From Candidatus Cloacimonadales bacterium (GTDB lineage: Bacteria; Cloacimonadota; Cloacimonadia; Cloacimonadales; JAFGVF01): DNA of 64,000 bases. The notes below the pieces were generated by a model. The model was not told the DNA's origin, made no database searches, and worked only from the letters and a program-made list of their open reading frames with translations. This document shows positions 42,116 to 52,688 of the stretch, piece after piece. The number at the start of each line of letters is the position of its first letter. Within the stretch, counting starts at the first letter, position 1. The position numbers were made by a program, and so were the translations under genes. The stretch is from assembly GCA_963677495.2 (NCBI GenBank), contig CAXXOU010000004.1:64001-128000 (forward strand). The letters are read 5' to 3'.

Positions 42116-45100
42116 TTACCCTTTCTTCAGCCCATGTCTCTTGATAATTCTATCGATACGGGGACGACTTGTCTTGAGTCTACTTGCTGTTTTAGATTTA
42201 TTCCAGTTTGTTTCTTTCAATGTCTGCTCAATAATCTTCACTTCAAACTGGGATATTGCATCATCCAAGCTGTCAATACCAGAAAGTTCTAGCGTCTCTT
42301 GGTTTAGCTTAAGCAACTCACTGTTAGTCTCTTCACCAATCAGGTTTGAAACAGTTATTGGGAAGTCAATTGCACCATTAACAACGCCCTTTTCAATCAT
42401 ATTTCTTAGTTCTCTTACGTTGTTTAACTTATAGTCCTGTTTTGTAAGGAATTCCATTGCTCCTTGTGAGAAACCATTGTTTTCTCTTCCATACTTCTTA
42501 GCAAATGATTTCAGGAAAGATTCAGCCAGTAGAGGAATATCCTCTTTATGTTCTCTAAGAGCAGGAACTGTAAGATTGAAAACATTGAGCCTGAAATATA
42601 GGTCATTACGGAACTTATTGGTAGTGACTTCTTGTTGTAAATCCCTATTGGTAGCAGATATAATTCTAACATCAGTCTTTACTGTTTTCTCACTGCCAAG
42701 TGGTGTGATCTCATTGTTCTCTATTGCTCGGAGTAACTTTGCTTGTAGCTGCAGTGGAAGTTCTCCAATCTCATCAAGAAAGAGTGAACCACCTTTTGCC
42801 AATTCAAACATACCTTTGCGATTTGACATTGCACCTGTGAACGCACCTTTTGTATAACCAAACAGCTCGCTTTCAGCCAGATGTTCAGGTATTGCTGCAC
42901 AGTTTATCGAAATGAAAGGTCCTTTAACCCTTTGACTAAGGTTATGTATTGCTCTAGCTGTTACTTCCTTTCCGGTACCGGATTCACCTGTTATAAGAAC
43001 CGGAGCTTCTGCGAGGGCAGTTGTTGAAAGCTTCTTATAGAGTGTCCTCATTACTTCTGAGTTACCAACAAATCCTGTTTTTTCTTGAATAAGTAGTTCA
43101 GAGGTATCAGTTTGCTTCGAAAGGAAACTACGGAGTATGGGAAGTAGTATAGAACCTATTCTTTCAGCTTTACTCTCATCCGCATCGGTGAAAACACCTT
43201 TAGAGATGTTTCTTCTATCCAGATAAAGAGCCCCAACAATCGATGTGGAAAGCAGTAAAGGAACAGTTATCACTGAAAGGAATGACTTACCGAGTATACT
43301 CTCATTTGTCTTAAACTTGTCTGTATTCACTGCATTTCGAATAAGAATAGGTCTCATTTTCTCAGCAGCTTCTTTAATGATTCCGGTTGAGAAATCTAGG
43401 TCTTCACGGTCGAGATTCTTGCTAACTATGCTATTCTCAATCAACTTCTCATCTCTATTGAAGGTCACAATTCTGCAATTATCAGCATCAGTGCTCATGG
43501 TCAAGTATCGTAATAACTCATCATTAGCTGTTTCAGGAGACATAAGTTTCACCATGGAGTGTATTAGAAGCTCCGTATCTACTTGCTTAGATTCATAGCT
43601 ATCTTCAAGCTCTCGAATTCCGTTCTCCCAAAGTAAACTAGGTGTGTCATTGTTAAACTGTTTTAGCAGCGAAATCGCTCTTTGACGATGTAACTCGCTT
43701 CCTGTTAACTGGAAGATACAGCGACAATATTCTAGCTTAAAGGAATCATGCTCTGTTGTTTCCAGCTCTTTCATTAAGTTGAAAATAGCAGTATTCCTAA
43801 CTTCAAAGTCCTCTTTCATATTAAAGGCAGTTCTCGCGTAAGTTAGAGTTGCTTCATAAGTTACATCAGTCAGGTCTGATTTCTCTGCTTCATCAAGAAG
43901 ATACTTTGATAGCTGAATAGCTTCATCATATCTGCCTTGTCGTTCATATATTGATGCTCTAAGTGTCATATAGAAAAGCTTCTTCCCGGGCATTTGATTT
44001 GCTTCAGCTTCATCAATCGCTTTGTTTAGGAAGGATTCTGCCATGCTGAACTGGTGTAATTTAAAATAGACTGTAGCCTGGTTAAAATAGCATGCAATCA
44101 ATTGAACAATATTGTTTTGCTTGCTATCAATATCATATTGGAGTTTATAGTATTGCAGAGCTTTTTCATAGCTTCCCTTTTGGTTGTATGAATTTGCTAA
44201 ACTTGAGTAACCGATTGAAAGTCCGCGTAAATTGTTAGCTTCTTTCTCCATCTCTATCTTCTTCTCAAGGTATTCGATGGATCTATCGTAGTCTCCCATC
44301 AAGTTGTAGGTTACTCCAAGCGATGAGTAGCAGATAGCAATTATTCTATTAGACTCAAGCTCTTCTCCTATTTCTAAAGCTTTCAGGTAGTGTTCTTCTG
44401 CTGATTTAAGGTGACCAGTAGATCTTTCACAAAGTCCAATGTTTGAGTGTGTACTGGCTAACCCTTGTTTGTCACCAATTTCATCATAAAGTTTAATCTG
44501 ATTCAAAAGAATCTCTTTACCATCCTCATATTCTCCAGCTTCCAAGTATGAGTTTGCGAGCATTCCGGTAGCCCGAATCTTATCTTTAACCAGTTTTTGC
44601 TGATCTGCAAATGCAATCATTCTAATGCTAATCTCACGTGATTTCTTAATCTCATGTACCCTTAGATAAAACCATGCTAGGTCGTCATTTGCTGCTAGAA
44701 TATATTCCGGTATATTGAGCTCTTCTGCAAGTTTAACTGCTTTTGTAAATGGTTCCAATGCTAGCTTCATGACAGTCGTTCTCAGATACAGGTTTCCCAG
44801 TCGGGAGTACTCTTTGAGTAAAAGCTCATCAGGATTATCTTCTCGAATGGCAATTATAGTATTTAATACAGTGAAAGGATCATCAGTAGTTGGGAACAAC
44901 TCTTCTAAATTCGTTAAGGCTTCCTCTGTATTCCCAGTTTTATGCATCGCAAGGTAGTCTTCCAGAATACTTTCAATCTCGTCCTCATCTTTGTTATCAG
45001 TTTCGAGTTCATTATCTTCCAGAGCAGTAATCATATCATCCACTTGTAAAAAACGTTGAGTAGGATCAAGTGATATGGCTTTTTGAACTACATCTTTTAC

Positions 45101-45769
45101 CTCATCTGACAGCTTGCTGAGATTCTGATTAAGCTGTTCTGTTATACCATTTATATGATAGTTAACTATCTCTTCGAAACTTGCATCGCTATATTGTAAT
45201 TTTCCTGTGAGCATTTCAAGAAGAATAAGGCCTAGTGAGTAGATATCACTCTTCCTGTCAGGTTTAGCACTCCTATTACACTGTTCTGGAGAACTGTAAA
45301 TTACTGAACCGCTAAACTGTTGGCTTGCACTATTCTCGCTGGCAAGAGCTTCCGAAAGATCAAAATCAATGAGCTTGATTCCGCTATCAGTAATCATAAT
45401 GTTTTCAGGCTTCAAGTCTAGATGTAACAAGTTGTTTTTATGAAGAATTGCAACTGCACCGGCTATCGTTTTAAAAGTTTTAATCACCTGGTCAATTTCA
45501 AGAGTGGATCTAGATAGGGGAGAGCCATCAATAAATTCCATTAAGATATGCAATTCATCTCCAACTATTTCATACTCGTATATTCTGCAAATAGCGTCAT
45601 GCCTAAGCTTCAAGAATGGTTTCAGTGATTTAGTAATCTTTGTAAAAGAAGGTTTTAAGTCAGGTTTAATAACCTTAAGAACTCTTATTTCTTTTTTCTC
45701 ATCTACAACTTTATATACTTTTGAGACAGCAGTCTCATGTATCAATGTTTGATTGTTCCATTTTTTCAT
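42116..45769 (-). CDS. Ser/Thr kinase-TPR-GAF-sigma54-dependent AAA+ activator-HTH fusion
   Basis: HLDLKPEN, DFD, SPEQ, SDIYSLG; TPRs; GALYLD GAF; GESGTGKE, GAFTGA, FLDEIGE, RIISATN, FRNDLYFRLN, NVREL; NWNKSKTA HTH. Confidence 0.9.
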   Translation of the reverse strand: MKKWNNQTLIHETAVSKVYKVVDEKKEIRVLKVIKPDLKPSFTKITKSLKPFLKLRHDAICRIYEYEIVGDELHILMEFIDGSPLSRSTLEIDQVIKTFKTIAGAVAILHKNNLLHLDLKPENIMITDSGIKLIDFDLSEALASENSASQQFSGSVIYSSPEQCNRSAKPDRKSDIYSLGLILLEMLTGKLQYSDASFEEIVNYHINGITEQLNQNLSKLSDEVKDVVQKAISLDPTQRFLQVDDMITALEDNELETDNKDEDEIESILEDYLAMHKTGNTEEALTNLEELFPTTDDPFTVLNTIIAIREDNPDELLLKEYSRLGNLYLRTTVMKLALEPFTKAVKLAEELNIPEYILAANDDLAWFYLRVHEIKKSREISIRMIAFADQQKLVKDKIRATGMLANSYLEAGEYEDGKEILLNQIKLYDEIGDKQGLASTHSNIGLCERSTGHLKSAEEHYLKALEIGEELESNRIIAICYSSLGVTYNLMGDYDRSIEYLEKKIEMEKEANNLRGLSIGYSSLANSYNQKGSYEKALQYYKLQYDIDSKQNNIVQLIACYFNQATVYFKLHQFSMAESFLNKAIDEAEANQMPGKKLFYMTLRASIYERQGRYDEAIQLSKYLLDEAEKSDLTDVTYEATLTYARTAFNMKEDFEVRNTAIFNLMKELETTEHDSFKLEYCRCIFQLTGSELHRQRAISLLKQFNNDTPSLLWENGIRELEDSYESKQVDTELLIHSMVKLMSPETANDELLRYLTMSTDADNCRIVTFNRDEKLIENSIVSKNLDREDLDFSTGIIKEAAEKMRPILIRNAVNTDKFKTNESILGKSFLSVITVPLLLSTSIVGALYLDRRNISKGVFTDADESKAERIGSILLPILRSFLSKQTDTSELLIQEKTGFVGNSEVMRTLYKKLSTTALAEAPVLITGESGTGKEVTARAIHNLSQRVKGPFISINCAAIPEHLAESELFGYTKGAFTGAMSNRKGMFELAKGGSLFLDEIGELPLQLQAKLLRAIENNEITPLGSEKTVKTDVRIISATNRDLQQEVTTNKFRNDLYFRLNVFNLTVPALREHKEDIPLLAESFLKSFAKKYGRENNGFSQGAMEFLTKQDYKLNNVRELRNMIEKGVVNGAIDFPITVSNLIGEETNSELLKLNQETLELSGIDSLDDAISQFEVKIIEQTLKETNWNKSKTASRLKTSRPRIDRIIKRHGLKKG

Positions 45770-45914
45770 AATAACCTCTTCTTCAGATTATTAACTATTT
45801 ATTAGTGTCAATCTTTCTTTTGCAGTTGTTTGAGAGTAAGAAACAAATATCTTGCCAACTATTTAGCAGAAGTTAGTATATGCACGGAGACTTGGAGAGG
45901 TAAAAAAAAGGAGT

Positions 45915-46619
45915 ATGAAAATGAATCCATTATCAAAACGCCTTGGTGCGGAGTTTGTTGGAACTTTTTGGCTTGTATTCGGTGGTTGCGGAAGTGCAGT
46001 ATTAGCTGCTGCTTTTCCAAATCTTGGAATTGGCTTTGTAGGAGTTTCTTTAGCATTCGGTTTAACAGTTTTAACTATGGCTTATGCAATAGGTCATATC
46101 TCAGGTTGTCATCTTAATCCTGCTGTATCCTTTGGATTATGGGCAGGTGGTCGTTTCCCTGCAAAAGAGCTTGCACCTTATATAATCACACAAGTAGTTG
46201 GTGCAATTGCAGCAGGTGGAGTTCTATATCTTATTGCATCAGGAACAGCTGATTTTAAACTAGGTGGTTTTGCTTCAAATGGCTTTGGAGAGCTATCTCC
46301 GGGTGGATATAGCATGGTTGCCGCACTCGTAGCTGAAGTAGTGCTTACTGCTTTCTTCCTGATAATTATCATGGGTGCAACCTCAAAGCGTGCCCCTGCA
46401 GGCTTTGCCCCTATCGCAATCGGTTTAGGCTTAACCCTTATCCATCTTATCAGTATACCTGTAACAAACACATCAGTTAATCCTGCTAGAAGTACAGGTG
46501 TAGCTCTATTTGCCGGTGGACAATGGATTGGTCAATTGTGGTTATTCTGGGTTGCTCCAATTGTTGGTGGTATTCTCGGTGGTATTATCTACAAACTATT
46601 AGGTGATAAAGACGATTAA
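45915..46619 (+). CDS. aqpZ: Aquaporin Z
   Basis: [35 protein letters not shown]. Confidence 0.96.
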   Translation: MKMNPLSKRLGAEFVGTFWLVFGGCGSAVLAAAFPNLGIGFVGVSLAFGLTVLTMAYAIGHISGCHLNPAVSFGLWAGGRFPAKELAPYIITQVVGAIAAGGVLYLIASGTADFKLGGFASNGFGELSPGGYSMVAALVAEVVLTAFFLIIIMGATSKRAPAGFAPIAIGLGLTLIHLISIPVTNTSVNPARSTGVALFAGGQWIGQLWLFWVAPIVGGILGGIIYKLLGDKDD

Positions 46620-46643
46620 TAAGATGCTATAAGTTGATTTTTC

Positions 46644-46665
46644 AAGGGCTCGCAAGAGCCCTTTT
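46644..46665. terminator. Terminator hairpin after aqpZ
   Basis: AAGGGCTC-GCAA-GAGCCCTTTT. Confidence 0.8.
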
Positions 46666-46706
46666 ATAATTACTAATTAGTAATTTCTCATCCCTTGATC
46701 AACAAG

Positions 46707-46809
46707 CTATGGAGTGCACCAACTGCGTAGGTGCGTCTTGTCACACAACTATAATTTGCTATGTTCCGCTATTCCCTCAACTCCCATTCGGTCGCTATGG
46801 TGCCAGCTT
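46707..46809 (-). repeat. Solo diverged copy of the 112-bp cassette of the 367-814 array
   Basis: Reverse complement reads AAGCTG..ATAGCGACC..GGGAG..GAATAGCG..GTGACAAGACGCACCTACGCAGTTGGTGCACTCCATA. Confidence 0.85.
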
Positions 46810-46812
46810 AGT

Positions 46813-48321
46813 CTATTTCATCAAGATCATCTTCTTAGTCTTTGTATAAGTCCCTGCCTGTAGCTTATAGAAATATATCCCTGAAGCTACATTAATTCCA
46901 TTGTCATCATCACCATACCAGATAACGCTATGTTCACCGGATGGAATCTCTTCGTTAACTAGTGTTCTAATTCTTTGCCCTTTGATGTTGAATACTGCTA
47001 GCTTGATGCTTCCTCTTCTGGGGATACTATAGTTTATCGTTGTAGTTGGATTGAAAGGGTTAGGGTAGTTGGATATGCTATAGGATGTATAGCTTTGTAT
47101 ATCATGTGTTTCAATATTATGTGTCAAACCATATTCATACGCACCAATATCTGGTGATGAACCATAAAAGTCTTCATCATTAAAATTAACTAAAACATCG
47201 TTTTGATAGCTATATGTTGCTGTCCCTCTATCTATACAAGGAGATTGAAGTTGCAATGTAAAGTCATTCTCATCAATATCTTGAAACAAAGGGTCTAGAT
47301 CAATATTTTCTGTAGATATAATAGTTGAACTGTTCAGGTTCTCTATTGCTTCTGTTCCATACTGAAAGTTAGAATAAGCTATTACAACCAAGCAAGGATT
47401 GCTACTAGTATCAATATATACTGGAGAAGTACCACTATCTCTACAAATTGTATTTATCATAAATAGTGTTGCATCATTCTCTAGTGCGATCACACTTTCC
47501 AAATCCGAAGTATTACTATATATTGTTGAGTTCTTAACTATAAGTTTATTGCTATCTAAAGGTAGATAGTTATGAATAACAGAACCATGATCTATACTAC
47601 TGTTATTAGTGAAAAGTGAACGATCCACAGTAACACTAGAACCCATAATCCCAATACATCCTGCTGATCCATCAGAATGATTGTCCTCAAATATACAATC
47701 CTGTATATCAGTTTGATTGCTAATGATTGTTCGCACTGAAGCAGCATAATTTGCTTGATTCTCAAAGAATTTACATGATACAATTGATTGCATTGAACCA
47801 CTAACAATATTTATTGCCCCTCCCATATCTGAGGAGTTAGAATGAAATTCACAATCTTCTATTACGCTGTTTGAGTTGAAGCAAAAGATCGCACCTCCAC
47901 TAACTGTACTTGAATTATTCTCAAAACAGCAACTTCTAATTGTTGGAGATGCTCCGTAAATATAGCATCCCCCTCCTTCATCAACATCCCCACCATTAGC
48001 AATGGTAAAACCTTCAAGGACAGCTAACGGTGTTTCTTGGCTATTAAAAGTAATTATAGATTGGCTTAAGCCAACACCACTAAGAATTGTATTTTGAATA
48101 TCTAAAGAGTTTTGTGTATAAACAAAATTGGATACAAGTGATATAGATTTACCTTCATAATTTATTACTTCATTGTACGTCCCCGGATGTACAAGAACAG
48201 AGTCACCTTCAACTGCTACGTCTATACCCTCTTGGATTGTAGTATAGTCTGCCGGGATATTAATAACGGATGCAATAAGGGTAATAGGTAGTAAATATAG
48301 TAAAAATAATATCTGTTTCAT
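46813..48321 (-). CDS. Secreted beta-helix protein with FlgD-Ig/T9SS-like CTD
   Basis: Signal peptide; TIQEGID, GGAI repeats, SPCIDRG, DIGAYE, NYPNPFNP..KMILMK. Confidence 0.82.
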   Translation of the reverse strand: MKQILFLLYLLPITLIASVINIPADYTTIQEGIDVAVEGDSVLVHPGTYNEVINYEGKSISLVSNFVYTQNSLDIQNTILSGVGLSQSIITFNSQETPLAVLEGFTIANGGDVDEGGGCYIYGASPTIRSCCFENNSSTVSGGAIFCFNSNSVIEDCEFHSNSSDMGGAINIVSGSMQSIVSCKFFENQANYAASVRTIISNQTDIQDCIFEDNHSDGSAGCIGIMGSSVTVDRSLFTNNSSIDHGSVIHNYLPLDSNKLIVKNSTIYSNTSDLESVIALENDATLFMINTICRDSGTSPVYIDTSSNPCLVVIAYSNFQYGTEAIENLNSSTIISTENIDLDPLFQDIDENDFTLQLQSPCIDRGTATYSYQNDVLVNFNDEDFYGSSPDIGAYEYGLTHNIETHDIQSYTSYSISNYPNPFNPTTTINYSIPRRGSIKLAVFNIKGQRIRTLVNEEIPSGEHSVIWYGDDDNGINVASGIYFYKLQAGTYTKTKKMILMK

Positions 48322-48331
48322 AATGTCTCCT

Positions 48332-48447
48332 GTAAAGCGTCTCTCCGGGTCGTTGGTTTCTCAGCCGAGACAGCTGAGTTACGTAAAACGTCACTCCGGG
48401 GCGTTCATTCCCCTCTAAAGAGGGGTGGCGCGTAGCGACGGGGTGTT
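48332..48447. repeat. REP-like elements between tandem CTD genes
   Basis: Inverted copy of 42038-42111 plus ATTCCCCTCTAAAGAGGGGTGGCGCGTAGCGACGGGGTGTT. Confidence 0.8.
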
Positions 48448-48483
48448 TGGATATAGGGGCAGTATTACTACCCCTATTGCTCT

Positions 48484-50721
48484 TTATTTCATCAATATCA
48501 TCTTCTTAGTCTTTGTATAAGTCCCAGCCTGTAGCTTATAGAAATATATTCCTGAAGCTACTTTAACTCCATTATCATCATCACCACCCCAGATAACACT
48601 ATGTTCACCGGATGGCATCTCTCGATTTACTAATGTCTTAACTCTTTGCCCTTTCACATTGAATACTGCTAACTTGATGTTTCCTCTTCCGGGGATACTG
48701 TAGTTAATAGTTGTAGTTGGATTGAAAGGGTTAGGGTAGTTGTAGAATTTGTACTCAGAGCTATGTAAGTAATCATTGTCGATGTCAACAGGATTCCATT
48801 CATGGCAACCAATATCTATTTGACCTCCATATATTCGTGGAAAACCTGTTAGGTCAAACTCTGGAAGTTCAACATCTTCCGGCATAACTAGAGTTCCATT
48901 ATCAATTGCAGGGGATAGTGAAGACAGAAAGTAATATCCTTCACTAACATCCCATAAAGGGTTATCATTCATATTGTTTTCTTGCCAATCGACAAAACTC
49001 TGACCAATATGTGCGATATTCCCCTCTCCTCCCTGAATTATTGAGTTTCTTACGAACAATGATTCCTGATAAGTTTGATTATTCATCACTATTTGATATG
49101 GTGTATTCCCATATAATATTGAGTTAACAATGTTCAATTTAGAGACTGTAGCAACAGATATGGCAGCTCCCCAGAATGAATCAGCACTATTATTTGCTAT
49201 TGTTGAATTTATTAAATTACATCTTGCAGGTGTAGGGTAGTTTCCGGAAGATATTGTTAACCCGACACCACTAGTATTCCATTCAGAATATGTTTCTATA
49301 TTATTAACTACCTCAGTATTGATAATATTCATCAAACTACCGTTATATGTGTTTAAAACAATACTGGAATAACTGAAAACATCTGGTGAGGAGTATTCAA
49401 CATTATCATATATTCTAGTGTTTGATATTGAAGAATCGTCACAATAATGAAATTTTAATGCTCCCCATGAACTGCAATCATGAATTCTTAAATTGTTTAC
49501 ATCACCACTACTATATATCATGTAAACAGGTTCTCGAGAACCCATATAGTTAGATAAATCAACATTGTCGATCTCGAAATCTATCGCATGGTGGAGGTGG
49601 ATTCCTTGAGTGTCATAACCATTTATTAGTGATAAGTTTCTAATCCCAACATTTCGATCACGATAGGTCGATCGAAAGAAACCTGTAATAGATTCAGCAT
49701 CAAGTATCGTACCGGTATCTGATTCACCAATAATACTTACATTATCCTTTAATTGGATCGGAAAAATCTGTTGATTTAAGCTTTCAGAATAGACTCCATC
49801 TTCAACATGGACTGTTCGGTGTGTTAAACTATCTGAATCTACATTTAACATTGCATATGCTATCGTTTTTAGGGGAGAACTTGGTGATTCACCACTATTA
49901 TTGTCATTACCTGTTGTTGAAACATATAAGTCAGACGCAACTTCGTCAACCACATGATTCTGTATCATGAACTCGAACCTGCTTTCTAAAGGGAACATAG
50001 GTTCAGAGTATCCGTCTGTTGGAAAAGCATGGTAAATTGTTGGATTTGCTACAGTGAAAGTATCAACATACACTACCTGAGTGGGGCAATTAGGAGTACT
50101 AAACAAGTCGTTCCCTGTTCCAGCATAATTAAGATATACACAATTAATATTTGATGCTCCAAAGCTGACATTTGAATCACATAAATAGAAACCACCACCA
50201 AAAGTACTAGCAATATTCTTTTTTACGGTAGTATTTCCAAGACTCAAAAATGAGCTATCAAGTAAAATCCCACCACCATAATCTGCTCTATTATTCTTTA
50301 TTACACAATTAAAAACTCTAATACTTGAATCCTCAGCTCTAATTCCTCCACCTACAAAACATAAGAAATCAAAAGTACCTGAACCATTTCTAATTGTAAA
50401 CCCTTCGATTTGAATCCAGTTAGTATCGATTATGTTGATTACGCTTCCGGTTCTGTTCCCATCAAGTACTGTATTCGCAATATCCATAGGATCATGAGAC
50501 TCATGAAAATCACTGATAATTGTTATATCTTTCTCTGTAACAGTAAGATTCTCATAATACACTCCAGGATGCACTAAGATAGTATCGTAATTATTCGCAG
50601 AATCAATTGCATCTTGGATTGTAGTATAATCACCTGTCCCATCTTCAAAAATTTCGATTACTACACAAAACATCTTGTTAACAAATAGAATCATAATTAG
50701 AACAAAGCTGATTTTCATCAT
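48484..50721 (-). CDS. Secreted beta-helix (DUF1565-like) protein with FlgD-Ig/T9SS-like CTD; paralogue of 21401-23791
   Basis: TIQDAID, YVSTTGNDNNSG..PLKTI, SPAIDNG, DIGCHE, NYPNPFNP..KMILMK. Confidence 0.82.
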   Translation of the reverse strand: MMKISFVLIMILFVNKMFCVVIEIFEDGTGDYTTIQDAIDSANNYDTILVHPGVYYENLTVTEKDITIISDFHESHDPMDIANTVLDGNRTGSVINIIDTNWIQIEGFTIRNGSGTFDFLCFVGGGIRAEDSSIRVFNCVIKNNRADYGGGILLDSSFLSLGNTTVKKNIASTFGGGFYLCDSNVSFGASNINCVYLNYAGTGNDLFSTPNCPTQVVYVDTFTVANPTIYHAFPTDGYSEPMFPLESRFEFMIQNHVVDEVASDLYVSTTGNDNNSGESPSSPLKTIAYAMLNVDSDSLTHRTVHVEDGVYSESLNQQIFPIQLKDNVSIIGESDTGTILDAESITGFFRSTYRDRNVGIRNLSLINGYDTQGIHLHHAIDFEIDNVDLSNYMGSREPVYMIYSSGDVNNLRIHDCSSWGALKFHYCDDSSISNTRIYDNVEYSSPDVFSYSSIVLNTYNGSLMNIINTEVVNNIETYSEWNTSGVGLTISSGNYPTPARCNLINSTIANNSADSFWGAAISVATVSKLNIVNSILYGNTPYQIVMNNQTYQESLFVRNSIIQGGEGNIAHIGQSFVDWQENNMNDNPLWDVSEGYYFLSSLSPAIDNGTLVMPEDVELPEFDLTGFPRIYGGQIDIGCHEWNPVDIDNDYLHSSEYKFYNYPNPFNPTTTINYSIPGRGNIKLAVFNVKGQRVKTLVNREMPSGEHSVIWGGDDDNGVKVASGIYFYKLQAGTYTKTKKMILMK

Positions 50722-50951
50722 AACTCCTTATAGATACCTGATGTGTTATTTGTAATATCTATATTTTGTTTGTCAAATGGTTTATATGGTTAGGTAACTC
50801 CAAACATAATTATACTCATGATATAACATTCATACTAACATTCATACTACTACCAATCAACTTCTCCTCCTTACTTCATTGCCTTAAAAACCTAAAATCT
50901 CGCTAGTTCCTCCCTTTAGCCTCCCTAGACCCTCCCTATGAACCCCTAAAG

Positions 50952-50972
50952 TTATCCACATCGTGTGTATAA
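50952..50972. promoter_or_regulatory. Inverted pair of consensus DnaA boxes
   Basis: TTATCCACA-tcg-TGTGTATAA. Confidence 0.45.
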
Positions 50973-51180
50973 CTTCTCCAAGTGTAAAACCACAGTTTTG
51001 TAGTAGAGCAATGATAGAGCAATTAATCGGCATTTGTGCTCTCTAGAAGTTCAAGCATAGTCCATAAGATCTTTGAAAGGGATGATTTGTCACACTCTCT
51101 AGAGGATGGAAAGATGATATAAATTATAGTAGTTTAATTATTGTTGAACATAAAAGTTATAACTATTATGCGGTAGAATA

Positions 51181-51208
51181 AAAAAGCCTATCGTTAACTG
51201 ATAGGCTT
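51181..51208 (-). terminator. Intrinsic terminator
   Basis: AAAAAGCCTATC-GTTAACT-GATAGGCTT downstream of the minus-strand gene. Confidence 0.7.
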
Positions 51209-51230
51209 ATACTAAACTTTAAGTTGTTAG

Positions 51231-52688
51231 TTATCTTACAGCATCATAGATTGTCACAGCCGGATAGTAGATTCCTACTTTCGAAAGTAGCTGTTGAGAA
51301 AGGTTCTTGCCCGGGTTTATTGGAATGTCCAATAGTTCAGGTTTGTTGTACATAACAACTTCTCTCATCAATCTAGGGTTGAACGGAGTTCTGTGTCTTA
51401 GTGAAACAGAGTTACATGTGATAAAAAGGTCTCTACTATTATATGGAACCATAGTATCAACAACATGCTCGAATGTTCTTATGCTTTTAGCTTTAACAGT
51501 TGGATAATAGAGGTCACTATAGAGTTTATCGATATAATAGATACCTGTCTTCTTGCAGAGTTCAAGGTTTGTTTCCAGCCAGTTCTCTAACTCACGTTGA
51601 AGGTAGGAAGAGTTTGGGTATCCCATTAAATCAGATATTGCATTAATAGTGTTTACTCTTAAACCGCGACGATGACGTCCTCTGAGTTCTTCACCGGTGA
51701 TACCATTAATATCAATACCTCCTTTAATACCTGATCTCTTCATTGCTTCAAGTATTCTAATATCGTTCTTCACCGGAGAATCAATAACTCCCTTGATAGA
51801 TGTATAGAAATCTTTGTCCAGGAGCTCTGCATTACAGTTTACACTTTTATGAGAAAGCTCCATCACTTTGCATAGGGATGCACTAATTTCACTCTCATCA
51901 CTTGAATCAGGATATCTGAGTGTATAGCATTGCATATCGCTATTGCTTTCAACCGAACTCAGAAGTATTCTGCTATCCCAGCCGGAAGTTAAACCAAATG
52001 AAACATTGTTTCTTAATTGAGCAGCTCTAATATATCCCTTTAACATCTCTGAAATACGAGGAACAGCATCTGATAATCCAAGCTTTGTAAGAGGTTGATT
52101 AGGGAAGAACCTCATCTCGATTCGTTTGTGGACATCAAGGTAATGATTGGTAGACAATCTGTAGAGATGTTGCCAGCCCGTATTCATTCCCGGACAGCAA
52201 CCTTCAATTCTACCGGTTATAGATTGTCTTGCTTCCTTATAATATGGATTGTTGCATGGTTTTAAACCAAGATAATCTGCTGCAACCTGTGGATCAGACA
52301 CAACATTGAAGACACCATCAGTATAATTATAGAATACTGATTTCAATGCATGCATATCGTTGAATATGCGAATATCACTTCCTGATCTCCAGACTACAAT
52401 GTATACACCTGCAAGGGGATAGGTGTTAACGATGAAGTCATCAAATGAAGAAGCTGTGAAGCAATTCTCTAAAATCTCTTCATTTGAAAACGCAGGATTT
52501 CGGTAGTCGAACCAATCTCCCAATAATAAAATCTTAGTGTCACCCTTACCATATCGGGTAACGTGCAAATCACGTCCGGTAAGCACTCTTAATGCACCGA
52601 ATTGCTCCTCGCAAAAGCCATTCGGACAGGTCATATTACCGGAAGTGAGTAAGAAGTGTTTCTCGAAAACTGTGTTGGAATTTCTCAT
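51231..52688 (-). CDS. Asparagine-synthetase-like protein (Ntn-like plus PP-loop domain)
   Basis: LAGVY, FND..ALKSVFY, GLTSGWDSRILL, GITGEELRG, PYNSR; start at ATG after GGAGG. Confidence 0.6.
   Translation of the reverse strand: MRNSNTVFEKHFLLTSGNMTCPNGFCEEQFGALRVLTGRDLHVTRYGKGDTKILLLGDWFDYRNPAFSNEEILENCFTASSFDDFIVNTYPLAGVYIVVWRSGSDIRIFNDMHALKSVFYNYTDGVFNVVSDPQVAADYLGLKPCNNPYYKEARQSITGRIEGCCPGMNTGWQHLYRLSTNHYLDVHKRIEMRFFPNQPLTKLGLSDAVPRISEMLKGYIRAAQLRNNVSFGLTSGWDSRILLSSVESNSDMQCYTLRYPDSSDESEISASLCKVMELSHKSVNCNAELLDKDFYTSIKGVIDSPVKNDIRILEAMKRSGIKGGIDINGITGEELRGRHRRGLRVNTINAISDLMGYPNSSYLQRELENWLETNLELCKKTGIYYIDKLYSDLYYPTVKAKSIRTFEHVVDTMVPYNSRDLFITCNSVSLRHRTPFNPRLMREVVMYNKPELLDIPINPGKNLSQQLLSKVGIYYPAVTIYDAVR

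Noticed and set aside
45840..45858. Sigma54 promoter on the minus strand (TGGCAAGATATTTGT)
   Set aside because: The -12 element is GT rather than GC; insufficient support.
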